This document shows positions 13,841 to 27,029 of a DNA stretch of 64,000 nt, in pieces. The stretch is from Eledone cirrhosa. Taxonomy: Eukaryota. The notes beneath the pieces were generated by a model, which was not told the DNA's origin, did not search any database, and saw only the letters and a program-made list of their open reading frames with translations. The stretch spans positions 176,886,001-176,950,000 of the forward strand of contig OZ024742.1 in assembly GCA_964016885.1 (NCBI GenBank), written 5' to 3'. Each line of letters begins with the position of its first letter. The first letter of the stretch is position 1. The position numbers and the translations under genes are program-made.

Positions 13841-15919
13841 GCTAAGACATTGAGTGACATGTATAGATCATGCGACTGACTTTCACTCAGTTATCTGCTG
13901 TTCTATTTCACCCAGAAGTGTTGCGACTGTAGAAGACTATGACGAAAGGCCCTGCACTTATATTCAAGATGGTTTTGCCAATGCCTTCTTATTTGTTGGA
14001 CGGTAAGATGTGGTTTCAGAGATGTGGTTTCTGCTATTTGAAGCATAACTAGCAACTATCAAGGGCTGTACCTAGTGGCTCTCTTGTTGGCACGTATGTG
14101 TACAAGTTCGTGTGTGCGTCCTTTTTATATAAAGTTGTTGCTAACATAATCTAATAAAATGTGTATATATGCTAATATATGTTATACAATTTTCGAATGT
14201 ATATACTGGGTGGTGTTTTTATGTAAGTTTATTGTATAAGTTGAATTCTTTAGTTACATCATCACCTTTGCCCCTACTAAACATTCTGACGCATATTCAT
14301 GATTTATCTGCAACTTTTGATCATGTTTTTAAACCTGCGAATATATATCATATTATATAAGCTTCCTTAATGGTGATTTTTTTATGCGGTATGACTTTAA
14401 TTTTAATTCAGTAATGTGAACCGCTAAATTGTTGCGGGTCGAGTTCTGTCACAATTTATGTAATTTTTCCAATTCCACTTTGCTGGTAATCGCTTCCACA
14501 TGATGAAATACCTCCCTTCAGTATATAGCTATATTGCATTATTCCAACATTATTCTTCTAATGCATTTTGTTAGCACACAGCGTTGAATCCAAGTTTTAT
14601 GTAGAATCGTTAATAAATGGTGTTGTCATCCTCTTATCTCACCATTAAGCAGAAGACATTTGCGCTATCAATTGTCCTGCTAAAAATAACGACACCATTC
14701 CTTTTATTTTGCCCTACTATCTTAAAATGGGAAGGACACATTTGAAAATATAATTCTAGAGATGCAAACTGTCGGTTGAAGCGGGAATGCTTTGGACAAT
14801 CATTATGGCAGATATAGAGCTAAACAAAAATAACAACAGCAGCTACAGTACCAACAATAACAGAAGGAGAAGTACCAACAACAACAGCAGCAGTAATGAT
14901 AACAACAACACAAAAACTAATCTTTAATCATTTTAAATTAATTAATAATTTTGAATTTATATGAACCAACAATATATAAAAATTGAAATATATAAACATA
15001 TTCATGTGTAAATCTTCAATATGAAAATTTAAAGAAAACATTTTTTTTTCTGGGCAAAAAGATAAGGATTAGAAAATTTCGAGAGATGACAAATATCAAA
15101 TATATTACAATAATGTAGTTTGTAAACACTTACTTATGTAAGTATGTATAAACCTCATTATTGTGAAGAAATATATTTAACATTTATCGAAATCAATTGT
15201 AATCATATTATTAAAACAAAGACCAGTTTGAAAAAACTATATTCGATCCTTCTATTCTATTGTTCCAAGTTTGAAAATATACTTCTGTTGCACTATCTTA
15301 TCTATGGAAAGTGTATTAATGTACATTCTATTATGCTGCCTCACTTTACACACAATATATACAAGCAGTTATACAATGTGTCTTTTTTCTACGCTTTTTT
15401 CAAATCGATAAACTATCTATTTTCTATTGTAAGCTGTATCACAGTGAGTTGTGTTACAGACATTCAACTCATTCAAACAACTAAATACAGTTATATCTTT
15501 ATGTGATTCACATCAAAAAAGATTACGTTTTACCTCGATTAATATTTCTGTGAATAAACGAAGAAACACAGATACAACAACAGCAAACATTGAAATCCTT
15601 TCTTCCAAATAATATACGTCATGAATAAAATATCAGATAGAAAGTGACCAAATTCTAGCGCCTGTATAGTCTAAGAATAAACAATTGAATATTACAAATT
15701 AGAAATATAGAAGGGAATTGTTGAAGGCTGCCGGCTAGAGAAGGGAGATAATGGAGAATTAACATTTCCCATCCTTTTCACATCAAACTCATTAATATAC
15801 ATAGTGTATAAATACTAGCGCCCTGATGGCTTCTTCATATCATAGTCATGCAATATCTAATTCATCACCCGTTTCCTTTTAACAAAGATGTCTTGGTGCA
15901 TTAAATCATATACATATAT

Positions 15920-16075
15920 ATATATAATTAAGGGTATAGTCCAGAATGGGAGGGTAAAACTAACACGGTTAAAAAAAGGTACTGAAAACATTCGTAGAGT
16001 CAGCTTTATTTCTTATAGAAACTACGTCTATGGGACAAGAACTGTTTCATTCACATGGAATTATCAAGAATGTCG
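15920..16075 (-). mobile_element. Diverged family A copy
   Basis: gggacaagaactgtttcattcacatggaattatcaag is the antisense of the family A HHR, preceded by a diverged tail. Confidence 0.6.
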
Positions 16076-16080
16076 TAATG

Positions 16081-16161
<81 letters not shown>

Positions 16162-16164
<3 letters not shown>

Positions 16165-16372
16165 AAATTTAATATAGAAACGGCTTCTACAGAACTAGAA
16201 CTGTTTCATTCGAGGGAATCAACAGGAAAGCTCTGATGATTTCCTTCGAATGAGACAGTTCCAATCCTGTAGAAGCCATTTCTACTTTAAATTTGTTGTA
16301 TACATTCTACTAATGTATTGAGTACTTTACTTACTGTGGTTACCCCCTTATGAATCCGGCGCTCACAAATCC
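16162..16372 (+). mobile_element. Family A fold-back mini-element with degenerate HHR
   Basis: Palindrome ~16165-16294; CTGATGA-tTTCcttcGAAt-GAGACAG...CTGTA-GAAGCC; family A tail. Confidence 0.8.
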
Positions 16373-16860
16373 TATATATATATGAGTGTGTGTATGTTTG
16401 TAAGATAAAACCTGACCAAATGCATTGCTTCTTATTATTGAAACACGTGTAGAAAACCAAGTATTGATGTTAAAGTTCTGAAAGGCTTTCATGTTTCTTT
16501 ACGCACATACTAATGCATATGAATGACCTATAATGCCGGTTATTCTCCGTACATTCGGAATTTACCTCCCTGGTTTTATCCTGTATTTAATTGAACCTTA
16601 AAATTTACAGTATTTTGTTTAGTTAAAACTAAGAGTTTATCTCGAATTTATAATTCTTGGTATATATATACATAAATAACGCAGAGATTTTGTACACGGC
16701 TCTAAAGTGTCTGCCAAATGCTTAAGTTTCTACCAAAGTTCCTTCTGCATCATTATATATATATATATATAAAATTAAAAATACGAGGAAATAACAGACA
16801 AAAATATACCTATTTATTCTTCAAAGTCCCGACTGGAGTTTCGCACATCCGTTTGCAATG

Positions 16861-16889
<29 letters not shown>

Positions 16890-16891
<2 letters not shown>

Positions 16892-18002
16892 GATAAATCT
16901 ACCAAAAGTTTACGGTAGTGTCCAATCCGTATCAAGAACTCAATGTAATCCGGATATCATGAAGAGAGAAGATGCATTCAAAAACTACTTTCGGTGAAAA
17001 ATAAACGGAAAATAGAGTCAAGATAAATTAATAAAATAATGAATAAACAAAGAAACAGTTCATTATATTAAAAAAATTCATCATTTTACGATCGTTTCTA
17101 GGATATATATGTGTTAGAGTTGGTATGCATATTCTATAGATCTATGTACAATATGCATACAAACTATCAGAGGGAATATACATACCTACACATATATATG
17201 CTGTCTTCAGAAATAATGATATTTGTTTATTGAAAAAAACATAGATTCAATACAATAGTTCTGTTTGGGAACAGGTTTTGTATTGACCAATCAGGAGATA
17301 TTGAGGGTCAAGATAGTAATATAGTAGTAGAAGAACCTTAAATTATGGGTAGAGGAAGGTAGATTTCAGTTTGGGATGGAAAAGAATATTATGAATGAAG
17401 GATTATTTTAGGGAAGAAATAGGTCTTATGCTGACCTCAGAAATAATTTTATTTGTTCATTGAATAAAACCAACAAAGATCTGATATATTCTGTCTGTTT
17501 GGTAAGAGGTTTAGAATTAACCAATAGAAAGTTAATAATTGGCCAAATGGTAAAATAGTAGTAATTGAAGCTTATTTTAGGGGTGAAAATAGGTCAGGTG
17601 GTCATTAAAAGGTATACAAGCAGTTGCTGTTATAAAATAGTAATGCCAATACAAATATCTAAGGTGACCAAAGTTTTAAGATAAGAATGTTAGTGAAAAA
17701 AATACATCTATGAAAAGAATATAAAATTAATTTAATTGATGGGTATATTTATATTGATAAAAATTATACTAATACATATAGATATGATAAATAAGAGTTA
17801 GATGCAGTTGAAAATTGCTGTTAAAGATGAGGGGAAATTAAATGAATATAAAAATAATATATATATATATACATATATATACACATACACACACATATAT
17901 ATATATATACACTTATACATATATATATATATATACATATATATATACACATACATACATACACACACATACACACATATATATATATATATACACATAT
18001 AT

Positions 18003-18044
<42 letters not shown>

Positions 18045-19125
18045 ATGCATATATACATACATACACATATACATACACACACTTACACACTTATATATAC
18101 ATATAATTTATTGGGGGGGGGATTAAATTTATTAGTGAGAAATAGTAAATATATATAGTGTTCAAGGAACATAGAGTTATAACCTGAAGTTAAAGCATTA
18201 TATATGTTTACTTAATGGTATCAGTTTTAGGAAATGATATTTGTTAGAAGGAAAACAAAATTATGTAGTTCATCAGTAGTAGAATATTAATTATAGGTTA
18301 ACTGAATTAAAAATAGTTTATATATTAATTTCTAAAGTGTATATTAATTAGGTTTATAATATTTAAAGCAGAATTATGTAGTTCATCAGTAGTAGAATAT
18401 TAATTATAGGTTAACTAAATTAAAAATAATGTATATATTAAATTCTAAAGTGTATATTAATTAGGTTTATAATATTTAAAGGTTTTTCTGAGTTTATGAT
18501 TACACGATATTATTAATTCCTGTCGCTTATTTAATAGGATATCCTTAGATTTCATTATTTCGAAAAGTTCTTGGGAACATAATCTACATTCATTTCTACT
18601 ATTTTGATAAGGGGTGGCCCTTTTGAGCACACTCCAGGTCAGGTCATATTCTATATTCCTATTTCTATAACTATTAATTATTTCAGCTAGAGATGTTGTA
18701 TTAGCTAGTGCGGCATTTTTAAAACTATGTTTGTGGGTATTAAATCTTACCTTAAAATTGTTAGAGGTAGCTCCTATATATGAATAAATTGAGTCCTTAG
18801 TGTTAACTTTACATTTATATACTATGTTATTAACAAGGCAATTTCCTTTTAATGGACAGTTTGCCTTGTTTCTACAGTTACAACTTTTCGTTAATTCTGT
18901 ATTTGAGGAGATATTATGGCTAGTTTGATGTACTGGTGGTATACTTATGGTTTTCTTACATTTATATGCATTATAGGCACTTATATTTTGTTTTATGTTT
19001 TTGGTTGTTGAGTAGGAGAATTTAACCGTTGATCTATTTAAGATTTGATGGTACTTGTGGTTTGGCGGGAAGTTATTCTCTAGGATATTAAATAATTTTT
19101 TAGGTATATTATCCTTAATTTGTAA
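16890..19125 (-). mobile_element. Hydra-clade-like PLE 3' fragment: GIY-YIG domain (~19125-18457) plus long 3' pLTR
   Basis: Minus strand FPPNHKYHQILNRSTVKFSYS...CNCRNKANCPLKGNCLVNNIVYKCKV...YIGATSNNFKVRFNTHKHSF; ~110-bp tandem duplication 18259-18481; ~230-bp duplication 17200-17600. Confidence 0.85.
17080..17220 (-). ncRNA. Hammerhead with greatly extended helix II
   Basis: atcattattt-CTGAAGA-[cagcATATATATGTGT...ACACATATATATccta]-GAAA-CGATCG-TA-aaatgat. Confidence 0.6.
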
Positions 19126-20083
19126 ATTAATAAAATAGATGTTCTTTTGATCAATTACATTTTATTATACATATTTCGGATGTACAACAGTACGTCCTCA
19201 TCAGAAAATGATACATGTAATACCCTGAGATGTTAAATGGTTAAGATGTTACTCAAGGTAGTGAATAACCCATGAGAAATTGTTACGTATATCCTATTTA
19301 TGAGAAAATGCGAAAACGTAATAAATTCATTGAAGAATGTGTGAGTAAGAAAAAACATTGCATACTGTAACTGTTCTAAAAGTTTTAAATTGTATTATAT
19401 TACGATATATCTAGGAAAACGTCTCATGAATCATAACAACCAGTGATAGCCACTGGAAAAGGATTTATAAAGAGGGAAAACTAAAGAGGGGAGGCGGTGA
19501 TATATGCAGAAGGAGATTTTTTCCGAAAGTTAAACGGTTAAATTTGAAAATATTTAATTTATAATATTAGGGTGAAGACTCCAGATTTCAGGATTATTTG
19601 CTGGTTATTTATATATTATTTTTATAAATTCGATAAGTGTGTTATCATTTCTAAACTTCTGAATTTGATGAGGGTAACATTTAAAGGATTTAGCTGGCAC
19701 ATATTATACTGTTGATTATTTACCTAAAATCAAACTTTAACAAATATACCAACATATTAGGCATGTAAAGCTTTTGAAGTACTTATTGTTATAAATAATT
19801 TAAATATCTATTATGTATATAGGTATATATTAATGAGCCAGTATGTTTAAGATAAATAATAACGACGAAGATAAAAATAAAATAAGATAATATATTGAAG
19901 GATGTTAAGGATAAATATATACCTACGTATAACTGGGTGTAAATGCACTAATTATTCTTCAACCAAGATATCAACATATTATTAGATACATGGATGTATA
20001 TATATAAATATATATTAAGTATTATTAGTGTAGTATACCTTAGGTAAATGATAACGGTTATACTTTAATCAACGTGTCACATT

Positions 20084-20151
<68 letters not shown>

Positions 20152-20720
20152 AAAAACAACAATGAGTGCATGGATAATACAGAGTTCAAATTAATGTCTA
20201 TAATAATTTTTAGTTTGGATATTTTCTTCTATATTTGAATCATATATATAGAAGTATGGTAGGTATATTTAAAAATATTTAAAAATATATAAAATATAAT
20301 ATATAACTACATACATATTATAATACATTATATTATGAATAAATAATAGATCGAAAGCGCAGCAAAAAAATGTTCACATTTATATATGAATTTGAATCCG
20401 TCTCAAATTTTAGATTTTATAGTGCAGTAAATATATTTAAAAGAAATATATGCATATACTATATTATATAATAGATCAAAAACTCATTAAAAATTTACAG
20501 TTATAGATAAGTTTCATGAAAATGTATGGATTGGGTATTAAACTAAAATTTAAAAGAGATCACAAATATATTAAAAATTCACAGTTATATAAATTCCGTA
20601 AATATGTAAGGATTAGGTATTATACTAAATTATAAGCATAGATAGGAAGATAGATAGAGAAATAAGGTGATAAAGAAATGTTGGTTTTGATCAAAGTTAA
20701 CAAATAAAGTTGTGTATCAA
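19126..20720 (-). repeat. Left arm of a ~1.6-kb inverted repeat (PLE 3' UTR/pLTR), including an HHR at 19154-19210
   Basis: Reverse complement of 21476-23061 along its full length, including the internal (TA)n. Confidence 0.93.
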
Positions 20721-20849
20721 TGTTTAGGCATGTTATTGAAATATTGTCATTCATTCTAGCGTTGTTTCTGCTATAGATAGTTATAAACTAAAGCAATATT
20801 AAAGACCATTAATGTTTTTTACTGTTGATTATATATTCCTGGTAACGGA

Positions 20850-21475
20850 GTTATTATTGGTTTTGTGTTATTGTTTCTTTCTTTCTCGTTTTATGTGAGG
20901 CTAAAAAAGTAGACGTAGCTTTGTGGAGGCAAATAGAGAATAATTCATTTTTATTGTTAATTAGGGTCTCATAGTTATTAATAATCAACAGGGTGTCTAT
21001 TAAAAATGGAATGGTATTTATGTTGAGTAGTGAAAGAGGTGTCAAGAGCTTTAAAGAATAGTTTTGCAATTGGTCTTTTAACTGCAACCGAAGCAGGGGG
21101 TACAAACCATATGACTGGTTTAGATCTAGTTAGTATTCTCGATTTATTTAGCGTATGTGTGTTTGAATTATAATTATTAGATTTTCTCTTATATATGTTA
21201 TTATTTTTATTATTATTATTAGGAATAATACTTGCATTGTTATTATCTACATATTCTATATTATTCATATATCCTGCTCTTTTTAACGCATTGGGGTAGT
21301 ATTCAGCATTTTTATCAAATATATCTTTATTAGTGATATTTTATTAATACGTTTTTGCACACTATTTACTATAGCTCTTTCTACAGATCTAGGGTGATTT
21401 GAATAGTTACTAACATAATTTAAGTTTTCATTAGGCTTATGAAAAGGGTAATAGAAGCCAGTGTTTAAGTTAAAT
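20850..21475 (-). pseudogene. Internally deleted PLE ORF fragment (RT thumb joined to the EN C-terminal motif)
   Basis: LNTGFYYPFHKPNENLNYVSNYSNHPRSV...IWFVPP...HKYHSIFNRH, then NNKNELFSICLHK. Confidence 0.8.
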
Positions 21476-22035
21476 TGATACACACAACTTTATTTGTTAA
21501 CTTTGATCAACACCATCATTTCTTTATCACCCTATTTCTCTATCTATCTTCCTATCTATGCTTATAATTTAGTATAATACCTAATCCTTACATATTTACG
21601 GAATTTATATAACTGTGAATTTTTAATACATTTGTGATCTCTTTTAAATTTTAGTTTAATACCCAATCCATAAATTTTTATGAAACTTATCTATAACTCT
21701 AAATGTTTAATGAGTTTTGGATCTATTATATAATATAGTATATGCATATATTTCTTTTAAATATATTTACTGCACTATAAAATTTAAAATTTGAGACGGA
21801 TTCAAACTTATATATAAATGTGAATTTTTTTTTGCTGCGCTTTCGATCTCTTATTTATTTATAATATAATGTATTATAATATGTATGCAGTTATATATTA
21901 TATTTTAAAATATTTTTAAATATACCTACCACATTTCTATATATATGATTCAAATATAAAGAAAATATCCAAACTAAAAATTATTATAGACATTAATTTG
22001 AACTCTGTATTATCCATGCACTCATTGTTGTTTTT

Positions 22036-22085
<50 letters not shown>

Positions 22086-23190
22086 AATGTGACACGTTGA
22101 TAAAATTATAACTGTTATCATTTACTTAAGGTATACTACACTAATAATACCTAATATATATCTATATATATACATCCCTGTATCTAATAATATGTTGATA
22201 TCTTGGTTGAAGAATATTTAGTGCATTTATACCCAGTTATACATAGGTATATATTTATCATTAAGATCCTTCAATATATTATCTTATTTTATTTTTATCT
22301 TCGTCGTTATTATTTACCTTAAACATACTGGCTCATTAATATATATATCTATATACATAATAGATATTTAAATTATTTATAACAATAAGTACTTCAAAAG
22401 CTTTACATGCCTAATATGTTGGTATAGTTGTTAAACTTTGAATTTAGGTAAATAATCAACAGTATATTATTTCATTCTTTATGTGCCAGCTAAATCCTTT
22501 AAATGTTACCCTCATCAAATTCAGAAGTTTAGAAATGATAACATACTTATCGAATTTATAAAAATAATATATAAATAACCAGCAAATAATCCTGAAATCT
22601 GGAGTCTTCACCCTAATATTATAAATTAAATATTTTCAAATTTAACCGTTTAACTTTCGGAAAAAATCTCCTTCTGCATATATCACCCCCTCCCGCTCTT
22701 TAGTTTTCCTCTTTATAAATCCTTTTCCAGTGGCTATCACTGGCTGTTATGATTCATGAGACGTTTTCCTAGATATATCGTAGTATCATACACTTTAAAA
22801 CCTTTAGAACAGTTACACTAAGCAACGTGTTTTGTTACTCCCACATTCTCTAATAAATTGATTACGTTTTCTCATTTTCTCATAAATGGGATATAAGAAA
22901 AATATTCTTGGGTTAATCTCAACCTTGATTAAATTTTAACCATTTAACATCTCAGGGTATTTCATGTATCATTATATTTTGTCTGATGAGGACGTACTGT
23001 TGTACATCCGAAATATGTATAATAAAATGTAATTGATCAAAAGAACATCTATTTTATTAATACTTATATTTTAATATTAATAACTCCAGAAAATTATTTA
23101 CCTTTGAGTGCTTCCAATCTACTGTAAAACTCATTCTTTGACATAATCATTGAATATTGTTTAACACTTTAATATATATATATATTAGCT
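21476..23190 (+). mobile_element. Right arm of the inverted repeat: PLE pLTR with HHR and tail running into (TA)n
   Basis: Reverse complement of 19126-20720; extends ~130 bp further. Confidence 0.9.
22971..23033 (+). ncRNA. Intact minimal type-I hammerhead ribozyme
   Basis: ATTATATTTTGT-CTGATGA-GGAcGTAC tgtt GTACaTCC-GAAA-TATGTA-TA-ATAAAATGTAAT; 12-bp helix I. Confidence 0.88.
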
Positions 23191-23198
23191 GTACTAAC

Positions 23199-23235
<37 letters not shown>

Positions 23236-23506
23236 TTAGTACTGCATCAACGAAGCCATGGTTGCAGCCAAGAAAACGAATGCAGTTTCGGTGTGCAGCT
23301 AAGCACTCGGATAGGGTACATAAGCCTATAGTTATAACATTACGTTTAGACAGCTTTGCAAAATGAAGGCAGCGACCGATAGGAGGGCCGCAGTGACCAT
23401 AGCCTCGAAAAAGACTGAACTCAGGAAACATTTGACTAACCTGGACGATCGCGTCGACATCATACATAACACATTATACATATAATATATACCATATAAT
23501 ATACAT

Positions 23507-23581
<75 letters not shown>

Positions 23582-23585
<4 letters not shown>

Positions 23586-23763
23586 CGAAAGAAGTGTGGT
23601 AAGGAACCAGGTGGACCATAACGCACCAGAATACTAAATACTTAGAGTAGTAGAGTGTGTAATAGGAACATGTTCAATACTCCGACGACAGAGCTCAAGC
23701 TGTCGTCCAGAAATAGCCGTCGAAAAGGCTAGAGCTCTACCGTCGGGGTCTTGAACATTTTCC
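23582..23763. mobile_element. Family B fold-back element made of two head-to-head HHR 3' halves
   Basis: aggaacatgttcaatactccgacgacagagctcaagc / gctagagctctaccgtcggggtcttgaacattttcct. Confidence 0.75.
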
Positions 23764-25224
23764 TCTCTCTCTCTCTATATATATATATATCCTCAAAATG
23801 CTCAAAATGTTTCACATGGCTGATTGAATACTCACGTATTTTTTCTTATTTTGTTTTGATATACGTCCCTTCTCCTTTCCTTCTCACTCTCTACCTTTCT
23901 ATTTTCCGAAACGTTAAGACACGTTTCCTGCTATTTCAAGCGTTAAACTAATATATGTTTGCAATGTCGTTTGCTTTGTTATTTCTTTTTACATACAGAC
24001 AAAAAAGCACACACACATGTACACAGACATACACTCACACGCACGCACACACACATACGCACACATACACACACAGGCATATATATATTTGCACATAATT
24101 TAGTTGTATAAATTAAATATTTTAAAATGGATTTACAAATCGTAATCTCACCATTATGGTAATGTTAAGAATGTTTAATTTTGACTACCTTTTATACAAA
24201 AGGCAGGTTAAACTTCTCTCATAAGGATTACTAGAAAATCTCTTTAATCCATCACTCGTAGTTATTAAATACTTACAATGGTGTCATTTGTGACAAACAC
24301 TTTCTGAGTTTTTGTATTCGAATGGAAGATTCTTATTCATTTCTTTTTTATTCAGTATCTCAAGTAATTTTTTTCTTTAGAATTTTTCCATTTTATATTA
24401 CTTTTTACTTTACTACTTTAAATTAGTTTCGGGGAAATCGTCTTTGATGTTATTTAAGGTACAACAGCGACATAATGTCTCATTTCTTTGACAAATACAT
24501 TTTTGATGAAAAAATATGTATTGCTCTGAGTAATAATTTTATGCATTTAAAAGTTGAATATAAACAGTTATCTTCTATTTGTTAAGTGGGTGGCTGAAAT
24601 ATTACATTATGGTGAAAAACAATAGGATTCTCACAAAATTATAATCATCCAATTATTACTGCAATGGCCTCAAATCAAAAAACCTTCTCTGCAGAGGGGA
24701 TGTGAGTTCTCTAGCATTATATTTTCTACTGGCCCCTATATCCCGCATGATGTTCAAATGTCATCGATGTAGATGTGTCAGGCAGATACATCTAAAACAT
24801 TCCTCAGTCTGAAGTCTATAAACTTCGGACTGAGGAATGCTCTCAAAACTGACCAATGGGAAGTTTGACATTTTTTTGTTATTTTGTTCCTTTACCATCT
24901 TATTCCATCTACCACTTTATCAATTTTTTTTAGCTAACTCCAACAATAACAACACTACCAACACAATAATTGAGGTCGGATGTACCTAACAATAACAAGA
25001 ACAAAAACTACAGATTGGCTTGCCTCGGAATGAATTTCTATAGACTTTAGAATGAGGAATGTTCTAACAACTGACCAATGAGAGGAGAAGAGGCCCTTTG
25101 ACACTGAAATTCGTTTGTTTGAATTCATATGATTCCAGTTCCTTAGTGGAACTGGCATATCAGAGTATTGACAAGGTGATACACCTCAACAACATATGTA
25201 CTTGTCTATACCACACTAATTCGG

Positions 25225-25279
25225 ACTGCCTGAAGAGGTCACTGCCAAAGATGGCTGTCACCGAAATATATATAGCAGT
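25225..25279 (+). ncRNA. Intact minimal type-I hammerhead (family D)
   Basis: ACTGC-CTGAAGA-GGTcACtGCCA aaga TGGCtGTcACC-GAAA-TATATA-TA-GCAGT; homologous to 42547-42601. Confidence 0.85.
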
Positions 25280-25325
25280 AATAAACGAAGCTAAATTTTA
25301 AACATTTGACTTATTTATTTTATTT

Positions 25326-25371
<46 letters not shown>

Positions 25372-25412
25372 CGTACGTATGTTATACCCACTCCGATGTA
25401 TCTCATATATAT

Positions 25413-25570
25413 ATAACGAAGGAAGTGTGGTAAGGATCCAGATGGACCATAACGCACCAAAGCAAGGAACCAGATGGACCTTAACGCACCAGAGTAGTAG
25501 AGTGGTTAATAGGAAAATGTTCAAGACCCCGACGGCAGAGCTCAAGCCGTTTCGACGGCTATTTCTCGAC
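25413..25570 (-). mobile_element. Family B pLTR fragment with HHR 3' half
   Basis: Antisense of gaaatagccgtcGAAACGGCttgagctctGCCGTCggggtc plus the family tail. Confidence 0.72.
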
Positions 25571-26704
25571 TAAATTAGAATTCTTAGCGTGGTAATAAAT
25601 AGCCGAACTTTTCAAGAGGTAATTCCTTATATGGACAGATTGTAGTTGTCAAAAGGAATGGTCAACATTTTTTGTAAACACAATTAAATCTTTCATGGAG
25701 TGGGTTGGAGGTTTTGGTGGCTGAACTTGCCCGTTAGAAAAATGAGGGAGTGGGTGGAGCCGGTCAAGCATTGAAGTGAATTCTATACAGCAAATTCTAA
25801 GGAGTGTGTATGAAAATAGGCTAGCTAGAAAGCAAGCGAAAAAAGAATTCTGGAGGAATCTGAGAGTGGGAAGTTATAAAATTAAATGGATAATAAATTA
25901 AGATTAAAAAATAAAAAAATATGCACTGGCAATGAAAATAAAATTGTGTGTTTGTATCAGTTGGTTTGATCTAAGATCAGGTGTTGAGACAGAAACCATT
26001 GCATCATGATAAAGTCTAATGCTGAAAACATACACTGGGCTATATTCATTACTGCTTTATTTATTATTACATATTATACTACTATACGTCAACAATACAA
26101 CAATACGTCAATACGTCAACACAAAACAACAATACGTCAACAATACAACAATACGTCAACATAAAACAAAGGTGAATATTCAGTGTATTTGGTTAATTGA
26201 CAAAACTATCATTTGAAGATTGTGAATATATTTTCTGACAAAAAAATATTTGTCGAAATATTCCAGATGTCTGAATGATAATCGATATATCAATTGAAGT
26301 TAAATTACTTACGGCTTACACTTCAACAAGTATGAAGAAGAAATTTGTCTTCGAAATCAAAAACAAAATATTGAACTTGTAATATATTAAGTATAATTCA
26401 ATCGGATATTCATATCTTATGGATTGTTGAAATTTAGATAAATGGCGAAAATATACGAGACACAAGAGAGTGGAATAGAATAGAAATTCGATGAGAGCTT
26501 ATATAATCATTGAAGCTTCAGGCGATCAGTTAAATTCTACATGGACTAAATGTCAATTCAGTTAGTAGAAAATAGCGTTGCGTGAGTAAGATATGAAATA
26601 TCAAAGGATTCAGACAAGAGTACTTACTATTCGTGATGAAACATTCTGCCTAAAAGATCTTTTCAACTATTAACGTGCTTAACAGAAATTGGTTGCTCTC
26701 TCGC

Positions 26705-26920
26705 GAAGGCACGGGGTTTTGTGGACAGTGTGTTCAGCTCATATAATAAAGTGAGTTCGATTCCCGGTGGTGCGTTGTGACCTTCAGAAAGACAATTTAT
26801 TCCACGTTGCTCCAGTTCATTCAGATGACAATATATATTTGTCCCTGTAATTCAAAGGTCAGTCTTACCACAAACTATCTCATGCTGAGTCTCTCTGAGA
26901 ATTACGTTAACGTAATGCAC
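26705..26920 (+). mobile_element. CORE-like tRNA SINE (related copy at ~55225-55500)
   Basis: gagttcgattcccgg...tgtgaccttcagaaagacaatttattccacgttgctccagttcattcag. Confidence 0.6.
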
Positions 26921-27029
26921 GTGTGCATACACACACACACACACAGACTCGCTCATATATTCTTACACATATGTATATATGTATGTACACACATCTACTC
27001 ACATGAGAAAAAAAATATATATATATATA

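Noticed and set aside
14640-14690. Possible 34-nt minus-strand micro-exon (ttttagcag...gtgaga)
   Set aside because: Only splice-like dinucleotides; no coding or expression support
16815-16860. Minus-strand gcGAAAC-tcca-GTC-gggac resembling an HHR 3' half
   Set aside because: No CUGANGA or helix I partner, and only one copy in the window
18259-18481. ctgatga on the minus strand within the ~110-bp tandem duplication
   Set aside because: No helix II or GAAA in register; not a hammerhead
23235-23320. Minus-strand GAAACTGCA...TGCAGTA helix-III-like fold
   Set aside because: No recognisable CUGANGA core or helix I upstream
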